Shown piece by piece: positions 14,476 to 22,829 of a stretch of 29,475 nt of DNA. The stretch's first letter is position 1. Each line of letters opens with the position of its first letter. The DNA is from a virus. Taxonomy: Duplodnaviria; Caudoviricetes. Both the position numbers and the translations under genes were made by a program. Below the pieces are notes generated by a model. The model was not told the DNA's origin and did not search any database. It saw only the letters and a program-made list of their open reading frames with translations. The stretch is taken from the IMG/VR virus record IMGVR_UViG_3300044568_004725, positions 1 to 29,475 of that record; one strand, written 5' to 3'.

Positions 14476-15744
14476 TTATGATGTTATGAAATGTACTATT
14501 TGTGTACCTTTCTCTGATCGGGCAAAAATTCTTGATACCAAGTCACATTCTATAAAGATAGATTCGCCGGCATCAAGTGGATATCCATCTGCTTGTGATG
14601 TGAGTATATTTCTTCCACCAATATAAACTGTACTGGTGTTTGTAGTTGGACATTTTACATGTACTCCTACCTTTGCACTAATTGATGCTGTTGTTAAGGA
14701 AACTGGAGTTTCTGTTACTGACTTCTTACCACTAGTAACAACACCCGGTCTTACAATTTCAGTAATCTTAGATTGTACGGTTCCATTGCTGAGTTTATCA
14801 TTGATGGTAGAAATGACGTTTGTATTTGTCTTGATGCTACTCAGATTTGAAACTATGGGTTTAGATGTAGATTCCAATGAATCAATTAGATCGGTATCAT
14901 CTATTGTGACGGTATTTTGAACAGCAACTGGCAAATTGCTAGTAGCGGTAACTTCAATTGCGCCGCTTGCTAGTGTACCTTTAACAATTACTGGATGAGA
15001 TGCGGTATTTCCTGTACCACGAATCATCAGACCAACTACACCATCATTAGTAATACCAACACTTGCTGCTATTGTTACGCCGAAGGATATTCCTGCATTG
15101 GTTATTGCTACCTTTAGTGCATCACCCGATACACCTAATGTTGTTCCGTCTGAGGAGTATAGTCTAGTCAGAACCTTTCCTCCGAGATCAGAACCATATA
15201 CTGCAATGCTATCGGTTGCTGCAACCAAACCGAGTCCCCCGCTTATTCCTACATTTCCATAGACTGTAACGGAATCGCTAGAATATGATAATCTTCTGCC
15301 TCCGGTTACACCTACAGCAGTTGCGCCAGATATTCCATATATTGCTATACCTGAATTTGCAATGCTTACTGTTCCGGTAATACCTACTGGATATCCTCCA
15401 CTAACACCTTGGATAGTTCCGCTAATGCCAACAGGAACCGTTGCCCATGTAGAACCACCGACCAATAGGTAACTTCCCGTAGAAGAGGAATTGACTACAT
15501 TAAAATTACCGGAACCGGAGACAGAACCACTTATTGGTAAAGTCGCTCCAGTTACTCCGTAAATTGATACGGGAAGCGGTGCAGACGTACCTACTCGTTG
15601 GGTGGTGCTATCTGTACCATAAGATAATTTAAAAATTTGAACATGGGCTCCAGTAAAACCAGTTCCGCTTGTTCCATAGTCTGTTGCAATAACTGCTGTA
15701 TTGTCATTGGTCGTTATAAGAATATTTGATCCTGTATCTGGCAT
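14476..15744 (-). CDS. Gly/Ser/Thr/Val-rich virion (fiber/decoration-like) protein
   Basis: Repeated VGI(T/S)G beta motifs; TATATATA and AAGGA SD upstream on minus strand. Confidence 0.75.
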   Translation of the reverse strand: MPDTGSNILITTNDNTAVIATDYGTSGTGFTGAHVQIFKLSYGTDSTTQRVGTSAPLPVSIYGVTGATLPISGSVSGSGNFNVVNSSSTGSYLLVGGSTWATVPVGISGTIQGVSGGYPVGITGTVSIANSGIAIYGISGATAVGVTGGRRLSYSSDSVTVYGNVGISGGLGLVAATDSIAVYGSDLGGKVLTRLYSSDGTTLGVSGDALKVAITNAGISFGVTIAASVGITNDGVVGLMIRGTGNTASHPVIVKGTLASGAIEVTATSNLPVAVQNTVTIDDTDLIDSLESTSKPIVSNLSSIKTNTNVISTINDKLSNGTVQSKITEIVRPGVVTSGKKSVTETPVSLTTASISAKVGVHVKCPTTNTSTVYIGGRNILTSQADGYPLDAGESIFIECDLVSRIFARSEKGTQIVHFITS

Positions 15745-15762
15745 AAATTTTCCTTCTTAAAC

Positions 15763-15770
15763 TATATATA
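15763..15770 (-). promoter_or_regulatory. late-like promoter TATATATA
   Basis: 18 nt upstream of ATG 15744 on minus strand. Confidence 0.45.
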
Positions 15771-15785
15771 ATGTAAATAAATAGC

Positions 15786-15813
15786 TTTACAATCCACCCA
15801 AAGGTGCTATAAT
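15786..15813 (+). promoter_or_regulatory. sigma70-like promoter for gp33 (leaderless)
   Basis: TTTACA-16 nt-TATAAT with TGn; ATG 7 nt downstream, no SD. Confidence 0.65.
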
Positions 15814-15820
15814 TTCAAAC

Positions 15821-16051
15821 ATGATCCTAGAAATAACAAAAGAAGACTTTTCTAAAAAAGTAGAAAATAAAATAGCAAAGAATAAAAACACCTCATATAT
15901 TGATGCAGTAATTGCCGTTTTGGAGGAACATTCTTTGGATATTACGGTGGCACAAAAACTATTAACACAACCCGTTTTAGAAAAACTAAAACAAGAAGGG
16001 CAAGAGTTAAACATTTTACGAAAAAGTAAAAATGTTTTACCTTTCTCTTGA
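15821..16051 (+). CDS. gp33: T4 gp33-like late transcription coactivator
   Basis: FSKKVE...SYIDAVI...KLLTQPVLEKLKQEGQELNILRK...LPF; adjacent to gp32. Confidence 0.85.
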   Translation: MILEITKEDFSKKVENKIAKNKNTSYIDAVIAVLEEHSLDITVAQKLLTQPVLEKLKQEGQELNILRKSKNVLPFS

Positions 16052-16076
16052 CTGTATATTTAGATTATGGTAAACT
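16048..16076 (+). promoter_or_regulatory. sigma70-like promoter for gp32
   Basis: TTGACT-17 nt-TAAACT with TGn. Confidence 0.55.
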
Positions 16077-16148
16077 CTGTTGTAATGTGGTGGGGAGTTC
16101 CCACCGTTACTTTTTAGTCCGAAGGAGATCTTCGGGGAAGGATAAGTT

Positions 16149-17048
16149 ATGGGTTCATTTAGCGATTTTAAGAAGAAGTCGAAGTCAAGCATCGATCAGT
16201 TGGTTCAAAAGATCCAACAAGATAATACCAAGAATGATTACAAGGATGATCGTTTTTGGCGTCCAAAGCTCGACAACGCAAAGAATGGTTTTGCAGTAAT
16301 TCGTTTCCTGCCGGCAATTGAGGGAGAGGACATTCCTTGGGTTAAGTTGTATTCCCATGCTTTCCAAGGCCCAGGCGGTTGGTATATCGAAAATTGTCTA
16401 ACCACTCTTGGTCAGAAGGATCCAGTTTCCGAGATGAATACCCAACTATGGAATAGTGGTATTGATAGCGATAAGGATCTTGCTCGTCAGCGAAAGAGGA
16501 AGCTCAATTATATTTCCAACATTTACGTTGTCAGCGATCCTGCTGAACCGTCAAATGAAGGAAAGGTTTTCCTGTTCAAGTATGGTCAAAAGATCTTTGA
16601 AAAGATTCAGGAAGCGATGCAACCGGAGTTCAAGGACGAGGATCCACTTGATCCGTTCAATTTCTGGAATGGTGCAAATTTCAAGTTGAAGATTCGTCAG
16701 GTTGGTGGATTTGTCAATTATGACAAGTCAGAATTTGATTCGTCATCTCCGCTTCTAAATGGCGAGGATGTTAAGTTGGAGACTGTTTGGAAGTCACAAC
16801 ATGCTCTTAAGAGTTTTGTTGATCCGACTAATTTCAAGTCCTATGACGAACTAAAGCAGAAGTTGTTTGATGTTCTTCGTGGGGATATCCGTGGAAGTGG
16901 TACGGGATCTACTCGTACTGCTGAGGATATCGATGAAGAGGATATGAAGGAGAAGAAGCCTTCTATCCGCTCAAAGCCGCCAGTTGAGGATCAGGTGGAC
17001 GAAGAGACAGATGCTCTTGATTATTTCAAGAAGCTTGCTGAAGACTGA
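16149..17048 (+). CDS. gp32: T4 gp32-like single-stranded DNA-binding protein
   Basis: DDRFWRP...GFAVIRFLP...HAFQGPGGWYIENCLTTLG...NEGKVFLFKYG.KIF...GANFKLKIR...NYDKSEF; acidic tail DALDYFKKLAED. Confidence 0.97.
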   Translation: MGSFSDFKKKSKSSIDQLVQKIQQDNTKNDYKDDRFWRPKLDNAKNGFAVIRFLPAIEGEDIPWVKLYSHAFQGPGGWYIENCLTTLGQKDPVSEMNTQLWNSGIDSDKDLARQRKRKLNYISNIYVVSDPAEPSNEGKVFLFKYGQKIFEKIQEAMQPEFKDEDPLDPFNFWNGANFKLKIRQVGGFVNYDKSEFDSSSPLLNGEDVKLETVWKSQHALKSFVDPTNFKSYDELKQKLFDVLRGDIRGSGTGSTRTAEDIDEEDMKEKKPSIRSKPPVEDQVDEETDALDYFKKLAED

Positions 17049-17090
17049 TATACATAATATCAGATACATCTAAGAGAGCATCTTAGATCC

Positions 17091-17126
17091 GACGACCCCC
17101 TATTCCGGTAGGGGGTCGTTTCTTTT
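17091..17126 (+). terminator. intrinsic terminator after gp32
   Basis: GACGACCCCCTA-TTCCGG-TAGGGGGTCGTT followed by T-rich run. Confidence 0.85.
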
Positions 17127-18823
17127 TATACTGTACTTTGTCTCCACGAAGGAAGTCCATTCAATGGCGGAGCAAATTGTTTTATTCCTCTAGTGGATGT
17201 TATTTTTTCTACGCCAAGTATGGTTTCTTCTGGGCTTTGAAGTTCGTTTGAAACTGCCGTTGGTTTTGGTTGTTTTTTATCGGCGTTTCTAATAGTCCTC
17301 ATGTGTTCTATTTCTTCCTTTTCTACTTCTAATAGATTCTTTGTTTTATTGTTTTGATCTATTGATTTGAGTGCAGGAAGAGATGATATGTTTCCTTGGT
17401 CAATAAAAGAATTAATTTTTCTATTGATTTTTGTTTTTTCCATAGGACTATTATCTGAACTTGTAAGTAGATTTGGAAGAATACTTTTTGGTATTATTAC
17501 TTCTGGTTCTTTTTCGCCAATCATTGCCAATGTTGGTTTTGAGACTATACCACCAGATTCAAATGCAGGAACATTTGTAACATTATTGGATTGTAGATAA
17601 TTTGATATTGTTCTATGCTGTAAAACATTTTTAATAGAACTAAATCTGTTTATTATTGGTTGATTAATTTCAGACGATAAGTCAAAGTATTTTGGTTCCT
17701 TGAAAAAAGTCACATTATTATCAATAAATGCATTGTTGTTTGAAACATCTTGAACTATTGCATTTGTTTTGTTTACTGTATTTTTTTCAATTCTAGTATT
17801 ATTGTTGGTAATTGGATTGGTTTGGTTCGTGATGATACTATTATTGGTAACCGCATTACTTTGGTTCGTGATGATACTATTATTGGTAACCGGATTACTT
17901 TGGTTCGTGATGATACTGTTGTTGGTAACCGGATTACTTTGGTTTGTAATAATACTGTTGGTAACCGGATTACTTTGGTTTGTAATAATACTGTTGGTAA
18001 CCGGATTACTTTGGTTTGTAATGGCACTGTTGTTGGTAACCGGATTACTTTGGTTTGTAATAATACTGTTGGTAACCGGATTACTTTGGTTTGTAATGGC
18101 ACTGTTGTTGGTAACCGGATTACTTTGGTTTGTGATGATACTGTTGGTAACCGGATTACTTTGGTTTGTAATATTGGAATTGTTAGTGATATTATTTTCT
18201 GTCCGCAATATCACATCATCGCTATTTGTTAAAAACGTATATGGTTTTATGAAGAAATTATTTAAAACTTTATTTTCTTTTTGAATAAAATTTTGATTTG
18301 GTTTTGTATTAGATTTGTAATTTTCAATAATTTTAACATATTCTTTTATAAAATTATTTTTAACATTTGAAACCTCTGTAGTATTGTTTTTGTTTACTAC
18401 TTTGCTTTCGTTAAATTGTGGTGAATTTATATTCGTATTTTGAATTCTATTGATTCCGTAATTAATAAAATTTACAGGTTTTACTAATTCCGGTGTAACA
18501 TGGTCTTCGTATGAATTATTGAAATACAGTTGAAGCGGTATATCATTTTTTTTTATATCAATATTATACGATTTGTTATTTTTCAGAGATTTTACAGTTT
18601 TCTTGTAATTTCTCGTCTTTTTATCTTGAGGTAAAGCAATTGTTATATTGATATCTTCTGGTTTTTCTGTTGCAGTTCCTGTACCATTTGGTAATGGAGC
18701 AGTTTCTGTGTCAGTAGGAAGTATAACATTAGACGGAAGACTCACATTAGAGGACAATGAAAGAGAACTTCCAAATAGTTTAAGAATTTCTTTTTTAAGT
18801 TTTGGTAAATTTTTTTCTTTCAT
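17126..18823 (-). CDS. Asn-rich tail/tape-measure-like protein with tandem repeats
   Basis: Directly downstream of gp26/gp51; contains AFESGGIVSKPTLAMIGEKEPEVIIP, a motif typical of tape-measure/tail proteins. Confidence 0.6.
   Translation of the reverse strand: MKEKNLPKLKKEILKLFGSSLSLSSNVSLPSNVILPTDTETAPLPNGTGTATEKPEDINITIALPQDKKTRNYKKTVKSLKNNKSYNIDIKKNDIPLQLYFNNSYEDHVTPELVKPVNFINYGINRIQNTNINSPQFNESKVVNKNNTTEVSNVKNNFIKEYVKIIENYKSNTKPNQNFIQKENKVLNNFFIKPYTFLTNSDDVILRTENNITNNSNITNQSNPVTNSIITNQSNPVTNNSAITNQSNPVTNSIITNQSNPVTNNSAITNQSNPVTNSIITNQSNPVTNSIITNQSNPVTNNSIITNQSNPVTNNSIITNQSNAVTNNSIITNQTNPITNNNTRIEKNTVNKTNAIVQDVSNNNAFIDNNVTFFKEPKYFDLSSEINQPIINRFSSIKNVLQHRTISNYLQSNNVTNVPAFESGGIVSKPTLAMIGEKEPEVIIPKSILPNLLTSSDNSPMEKTKINRKINSFIDQGNISSLPALKSIDQNNKTKNLLEVEKEEIEHMRTIRNADKKQPKPTAVSNELQSPEETILGVEKITSTRGIKQFAPPLNGLPSWRQSTV
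17800..18172 (-). repeat. ten tandem 36/39-nt coding repeats
   Basis: Encode ITNQSNPVTN(N)S(I/A); plus-strand core TTGGTAACCGGATTACTTTGGTT. Confidence 0.95.
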
Positions 18824-19048
18824 TTATCTTCCTCTTCTGCTGTTCATTGCCCTCATCATGTTCTGCTTGTTCATAAGTCTTAGATTTTCTTCTTCTATAT
18901 GCTGCCTCAGCGATTCCACATAAATGTCTCTTTCCCAAGGTATCATTGATTCTAATTCCGTCAATGAGTAGTTATACATGTGTATCATTTTGAATGTTAA
19001 ATCAAAATAGGTATTGAGACTATTGTGGCTGAGGCTTATCCGAAAAAA
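18824..19048 (-). CDS. gp51: T4 gp51-like baseplate hub assembly protein (probably the -1 frameshift extension of gp26; first ATG at 18988)
   Basis: Own translation FFRISLSHNSLNTYFDLTFKMIHMYNYSLTELESMIPWERDIYVESLRQHIEEENLR...; YSLTELESMIPWERDIYV is the gp51 signature. Missing from ORF track. Confidence 0.85.
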   Translation of the reverse strand, partial: FFRISLSHNSLNTYFDLTFKMIHMYNYSLTELESMIPWERDIYVESLRQHIEEENLRLMNKQNMMRAMNSRRGR

Positions 19049-19740
19049 TCACGAATACCTCGTAACACTACCTTTCTTTCTACTCCATCACTTGTCGTAT
19101 ATGGCATTTCTTGTTCAATTCTTGGCATTGTTGCAAAAAATTCAATTATTTTGTCAAATTGAACCTTTGACATATTGTCTACGAATTCTTTTATCTCTTC
19201 TTTATTCTTGTTTTCGCATTCTATTCGTTCCGTTGGTGTTTCGATATAATCAACACACGATACTGCAAGATCGTAAAAATCCATAAGAGACATATCAGAT
19301 GTTTCGTTTTCTATAAACATATTAAGTGATGGATATTTCATACAAACAAACAAATCATCATCTAATTTTAATTTATTCGTATGGGATTTGAAGGTTTTAA
19401 CTTTAATCTTATCCAAATCAATTACCAGTTTGATCTTTTCATTTGTATGCGGACAAACCAGAAAAGGTTCAACAATTTCTCCTACCGATTTTGATCTTAG
19501 TTTTAAAAACAAATATTCTAAATCAAATATTGGTATACTTCCTGCGTCTTTTAATTCAAAGCAGGACTCTACTAATTCTTTGACTGCCATTAATATTTCT
19601 TTTTCTTTTCCGGTTTCCTGTACCATTAATAAAGTTTTTTCATCTTTAACTAAAAACGGTCTAAACCATATTTTTTTGTTTGTTGATGGTACAGTTTCTG
19701 AGTATTTCGGTCTATTTCCTAATAAGTCAACTAATTTCAT
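19036..19740 (-). CDS. gp26: T4 gp26-like baseplate hub protein
   Basis: PKY...PST.KKI.FRPFLVKDEKTLLM...FDLEYLFLKLRSKSVGE...MKYPS...FFATMP...RGIRDFF. Confidence 0.9.
   Translation of the reverse strand: MKLVDLLGNRPKYSETVPSTNKKIWFRPFLVKDEKTLLMVQETGKEKEILMAVKELVESCFELKDAGSIPIFDLEYLFLKLRSKSVGEIVEPFLVCPHTNEKIKLVIDLDKIKVKTFKSHTNKLKLDDDLFVCMKYPSLNMFIENETSDMSLMDFYDLAVSCVDYIETPTERIECENKNKEEIKEFVDNMSKVQFDKIIEFFATMPRIEQEMPYTTSDGVERKVVLRGIRDFFG
19042..19048 (-). other. candidate -1 ribosomal slippery heptamer T TTT TTC
   Basis: Minus strand CGT GAT TTT TTC GGA TAA; the -1 frame has TGA immediately before the heptamer and is open from it into gp51. Confidence 0.65.
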
Positions 19741-19751
19741 AATATCTCCAA

Positions 19752-20405
19752 TTAAATAAATTCATATTCTTTGAATGCAAAAATTACAACAAATGTAGCA
19801 TATCCTGTCGCTTCAGAAGACATTTGTGTTGGTGTTATGGTCAGGGGGAATGCATTTTTCAATGTAATGGTGCATGTTTGTTGTGCTTGATTTTCTACCG
19901 CAAGAGGATATATTTTAACAGTTCCTGTAAAGGTATTAAAACCATTAGAGTAATCTGAATACTGTGTTGTTCTTATTGTTCTACTTGTACCAGCTAAAAC
20001 ATCAAATATATTACCCACAGAGGGACCACCCAATCGCTCCAAAGCACTCACCCCAACTGGATCAGCATCTTCTGTTGATTTTGGTGGAATAATGGTATCC
20101 ATCCAGTTTTCAAAAAACCTTCTTTCTGCCCAGTCCTGATAAATTATAAAGGACATTGCACATTCACCATATTCTCTTCTAACTGGTAATTGTAAAATTG
20201 GCCCCCACGGACTATATGGTGCAGTACTAAATGATCTTTGAGGCAAAGTTACCGATTCTGGATAGCACGATAAACTATTCAATTTACCATCTACCATCTG
20301 AACTGCATATTTTCCGGGTTGCTGAATTCCTTTTCTTGCAATTACAGCATTTCTAAACTGAGTAATAGTGGTTGCTTGATAATCTGGAAGATTAATATTT
20401 GACAT
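19752..20405 (-). CDS. gp54: T4 gp54-like tail tube initiator (gp19 tube fold)
   Basis: CYPESVTLP...FFENWMDTI...LKNAFPLTI...TFVVIFAFKEY; position between gp4 and gp26. Confidence 0.75.
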   Translation of the reverse strand: MSNINLPDYQATTITQFRNAVIARKGIQQPGKYAVQMVDGKLNSLSCYPESVTLPQRSFSTAPYSPWGPILQLPVRREYGECAMSFIIYQDWAERRFFENWMDTIIPPKSTEDADPVGVSALERLGGPSVGNIFDVLAGTSRTIRTTQYSDYSNGFNTFTGTVKIYPLAVENQAQQTCTITLKNAFPLTITPTQMSSEATGYATFVVIFAFKEYEFI

Positions 20406-20406
20406 T

Positions 20407-20838
20407 TTAGAATAGATCCTGTTCTGTTAAAATTTTGAATATTATTCCCTTTTCGGTGCAATAATTTTTTGCTGCTTCCCACTTTGCAGTATTTATTGCA
20501 TATGTCATATTTTCCATTAATATTGTTTTTTTGTGTTTTTTATTGTGTTCTGGTTGTTTTGTTTGCTTTAGGGGTTTTATTTCTATTAACATAGTTTCAA
20601 CTATTCCGTCTTTGTTTTTTGCTTCTATAAGGAAATCTGGAATATAAAAATGGACTTTATTGTCCATCGGAGAAACATAAGGTATTCGTATTGCCTCAAA
20701 TGCCCATCTTACTATATTTTTGTTGCTATCCAGATACTTACAAAATCTTCTTTCCCAGAGAGAACGGCATAAAATTGAATTAATATTACCTATATATTTT
20801 GTGGGATTATTAGGTATGTATTTAGTCTTGTATGCCAT
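20407..20838 (-). CDS. gp4: T4 gp4-like head completion nuclease
   Basis: YKTKYIPNNPTKYIG...RSLWERRFCKYLD...IPYVSP...YIPDF...IEIKP...N.AKWEAA...FKILTE. Confidence 0.93.
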   Translation of the reverse strand: MAYKTKYIPNNPTKYIGNINSILCRSLWERRFCKYLDSNKNIVRWAFEAIRIPYVSPMDNKVHFYIPDFLIEAKNKDGIVETMLIEIKPLKQTKQPEHNKKHKKTILMENMTYAINTAKWEAAKNYCTEKGIIFKILTEQDLF

Positions 20839-20859
20839 ATTAAATATATAGGAGCAACA

Positions 20860-21744
20860 ATGCCCGGAACAGAAGCACTTTTTTCTTCAACTAAGATATT
20901 CCCAACTTCCCCAGAGGATCAAAAAAAGATCCCTTTGTGGTTAAAATTCTTTTGTTATGACTATACCGATAACTCTTTACTAAGGACATCTGCTAGTCTT
21001 GGAATAGGTCCAATGTTGAAGTGCATCATGTTACCTGCACCAAAAGAATTTGTTACAAAGACAGACAATATTTACGATACAGGTATACTTCCTGTCAATG
21101 TCACTCAAGCAGATCCGCAGAGTTATTCTAACGATGCTGGTAAAGTCATGGCAAATTATGCAACAGCAACTGCTGATTTAACAGAATTCACTCTATCTGC
21201 ACCTACTTGGGCTGCAGAAAGTATAGGAATCGGTGCAAAGATTGATATGGATATGTCTGATACCAAATTCAGAGGAACGAATAAAAGACTCTATGGTTTT
21301 AAGATAGTTTTAGCAGCAAGAAGCACAGAAGATTCAAATGCTGCATCGGAAATATGCGAAATATTTGAATCATTTTCTTTACCACAAGCAAGAAGCGGAT
21401 TGTTTTCTAGATTTGTATGTCATCCTCCCCTGTGGTTGTTTGGTATAGGGCCAGGACAAAATGCACAGATAGACCGTCAATGGTCAGGTCAACCACAATT
21501 GTCTGTTCTTGATCAAATCACCGTCAGTAAGTCTGGATTTCAAGATACTTATGGTATTGCCGATGAAAATGGGGAAATAAAACCATTATCACAAACAATT
21601 AATATGACATTTGTTGAATTAGAACCCGCCTTACGCAGTTCTTTGGTACAGAGTAGCACAATAGTAAATAGATCAACTTCCTTCTGGACATTTGGCGGCG
21701 CCGGACAAGATATTGCCAATATTGCTGGTCAGATTATTAGATAA
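20860..21744 (+). CDS. gp48: T4 gp48-like baseplate tail tube cap
   Basis: IMLPAP...FRGTNKRLYGFKIVLAARSTEDS...ICEIF...SVLDQITV...INMTFVELE; synteny before gp53. Confidence 0.7.
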   Translation: MPGTEALFSSTKIFPTSPEDQKKIPLWLKFFCYDYTDNSLLRTSASLGIGPMLKCIMLPAPKEFVTKTDNIYDTGILPVNVTQADPQSYSNDAGKVMANYATATADLTEFTLSAPTWAAESIGIGAKIDMDMSDTKFRGTNKRLYGFKIVLAARSTEDSNAASEICEIFESFSLPQARSGLFSRFVCHPPLWLFGIGPGQNAQIDRQWSGQPQLSVLDQITVSKSGFQDTYGIADENGEIKPLSQTINMTFVELEPALRSSLVQSSTIVNRSTSFWTFGGAGQDIANIAGQIIR

Positions 21745-21758
21745 AAATAGGAAATATA

Positions 21759-22829
21759 ATGTACTTCGACTATTTTCCAACACTTGAATATAAATTTCAA
21801 AACGGTAATACTTTAGAATTGATTGATATTTTCAGAAAAGTATCATTTACTCAGACTACACTAGCGAATGATTCGATTTTTGACACCTATTATGTAACAA
21901 ATGGTGCAAATGCAGAAATCACTTCTTTTAATTTGTATAGCAGCAGTCAATATTCATGGGTACTGTTTTCTTCCAATAGAATGCTAAATCCTCATACTGA
22001 CTGGCCTAGGGAATATACATCCTTTCTTACCGAATTAAATTCAAAATATAATGGAACTGCATATTACATATGCAGAATACCCGATTTGCTTCCCGGCGAT
22101 GTGATGATTAAAATAACAAAAGCTTCTTGCTCGGGTACAACTGCCAATGAAGTTTATACCAGTTGTGTTTTTTCATATGAAAGTCCTATAGTCACCTATA
22201 AAATAGTAAAAGAGTGGAATCAAAAATTTAGATATTTGGTAGCAGTCGGCGGGGGAAGTGGTTCTTTTTCTGTAAATGATACATTTGCAATTCTTAGAAA
22301 AGATTCAAATGGCGATTATAAAGCAGTAAATTTCAGAACACCCGACCCTGATGTAGTGTATACAGATAAAGTAACAGGCCCTGATGGATATACTAATATA
22401 ACCATCGATGGTAATGAATTCACTATATTCAGAATAGCAAAAATAGATGAAGAGAAAAACGCAGCAACACAATTCATGAATAGCGGTGCAGTAGAATCGC
22501 CCTATAGAAAAGTCAGTTCACTTAATACTGCTGGATCTCTTACTGCATATTATTCAAATTCCAATACTAATATTAATAGTTACCAAACAACTACTCCTGT
22601 CCCAAATGCAGATGATTTTTCTGGTACTTTATTGGATGCATATGTTCTCGGTGTATTGCCTTCATCAATAACAGTAAAGACACCTTTGATTCTTCAATTA
22701 GAGGAAAACGAAAAAAGATATTCTGTTAGGGCATTGAAACCCAGATACCTTGAGGGTACAATTGGTTTATTTGAAAAAGCGATAAATAGTAATCAAGGAA
22801 GAGTTCTTTCTATAGAACTAAATGTATAA
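21759..22829 (+). CDS. gp53: T4 gp53-like baseplate wedge subunit
   Basis: MYFDYFPTLEY...DIFRKV...LYSSSQYSWVL...NPHTDWP...EENEKRYSVRALKPRY. Confidence 0.85.
   Translation: MYFDYFPTLEYKFQNGNTLELIDIFRKVSFTQTTLANDSIFDTYYVTNGANAEITSFNLYSSSQYSWVLFSSNRMLNPHTDWPREYTSFLTELNSKYNGTAYYICRIPDLLPGDVMIKITKASCSGTTANEVYTSCVFSYESPIVTYKIVKEWNQKFRYLVAVGGGSGSFSVNDTFAILRKDSNGDYKAVNFRTPDPDVVYTDKVTGPDGYTNITIDGNEFTIFRIAKIDEEKNAATQFMNSGAVESPYRKVSSLNTAGSLTAYYSNSNTNINSYQTTTPVPNADDFSGTLLDAYVLGVLPSSITVKTPLILQLEENEKRYSVRALKPRYLEGTIGLFEKAINSNQGRVLSIELNV

Noticed and set aside
17800-18172. Possible CRISPR array
   Set aside because: Units are contiguous, in-frame and lack unique spacers; no cas genes in the window.
17750-18284. 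Plus-strand ORFs 17769-18284 (hydrophobic LLVTGLLWFV repeats) and 17750-18232, and alternative-frame ORF 17773-18102
   Set aside because: Shadows of the 36/39-nt coding repeat, which keeps several frames stop-free; no RBS or promoter support.
20407-20838. TnsA-like transposase
   Set aside because: Sequence and synteny match T4 gp4 head-completion nuclease, which shares that fold.
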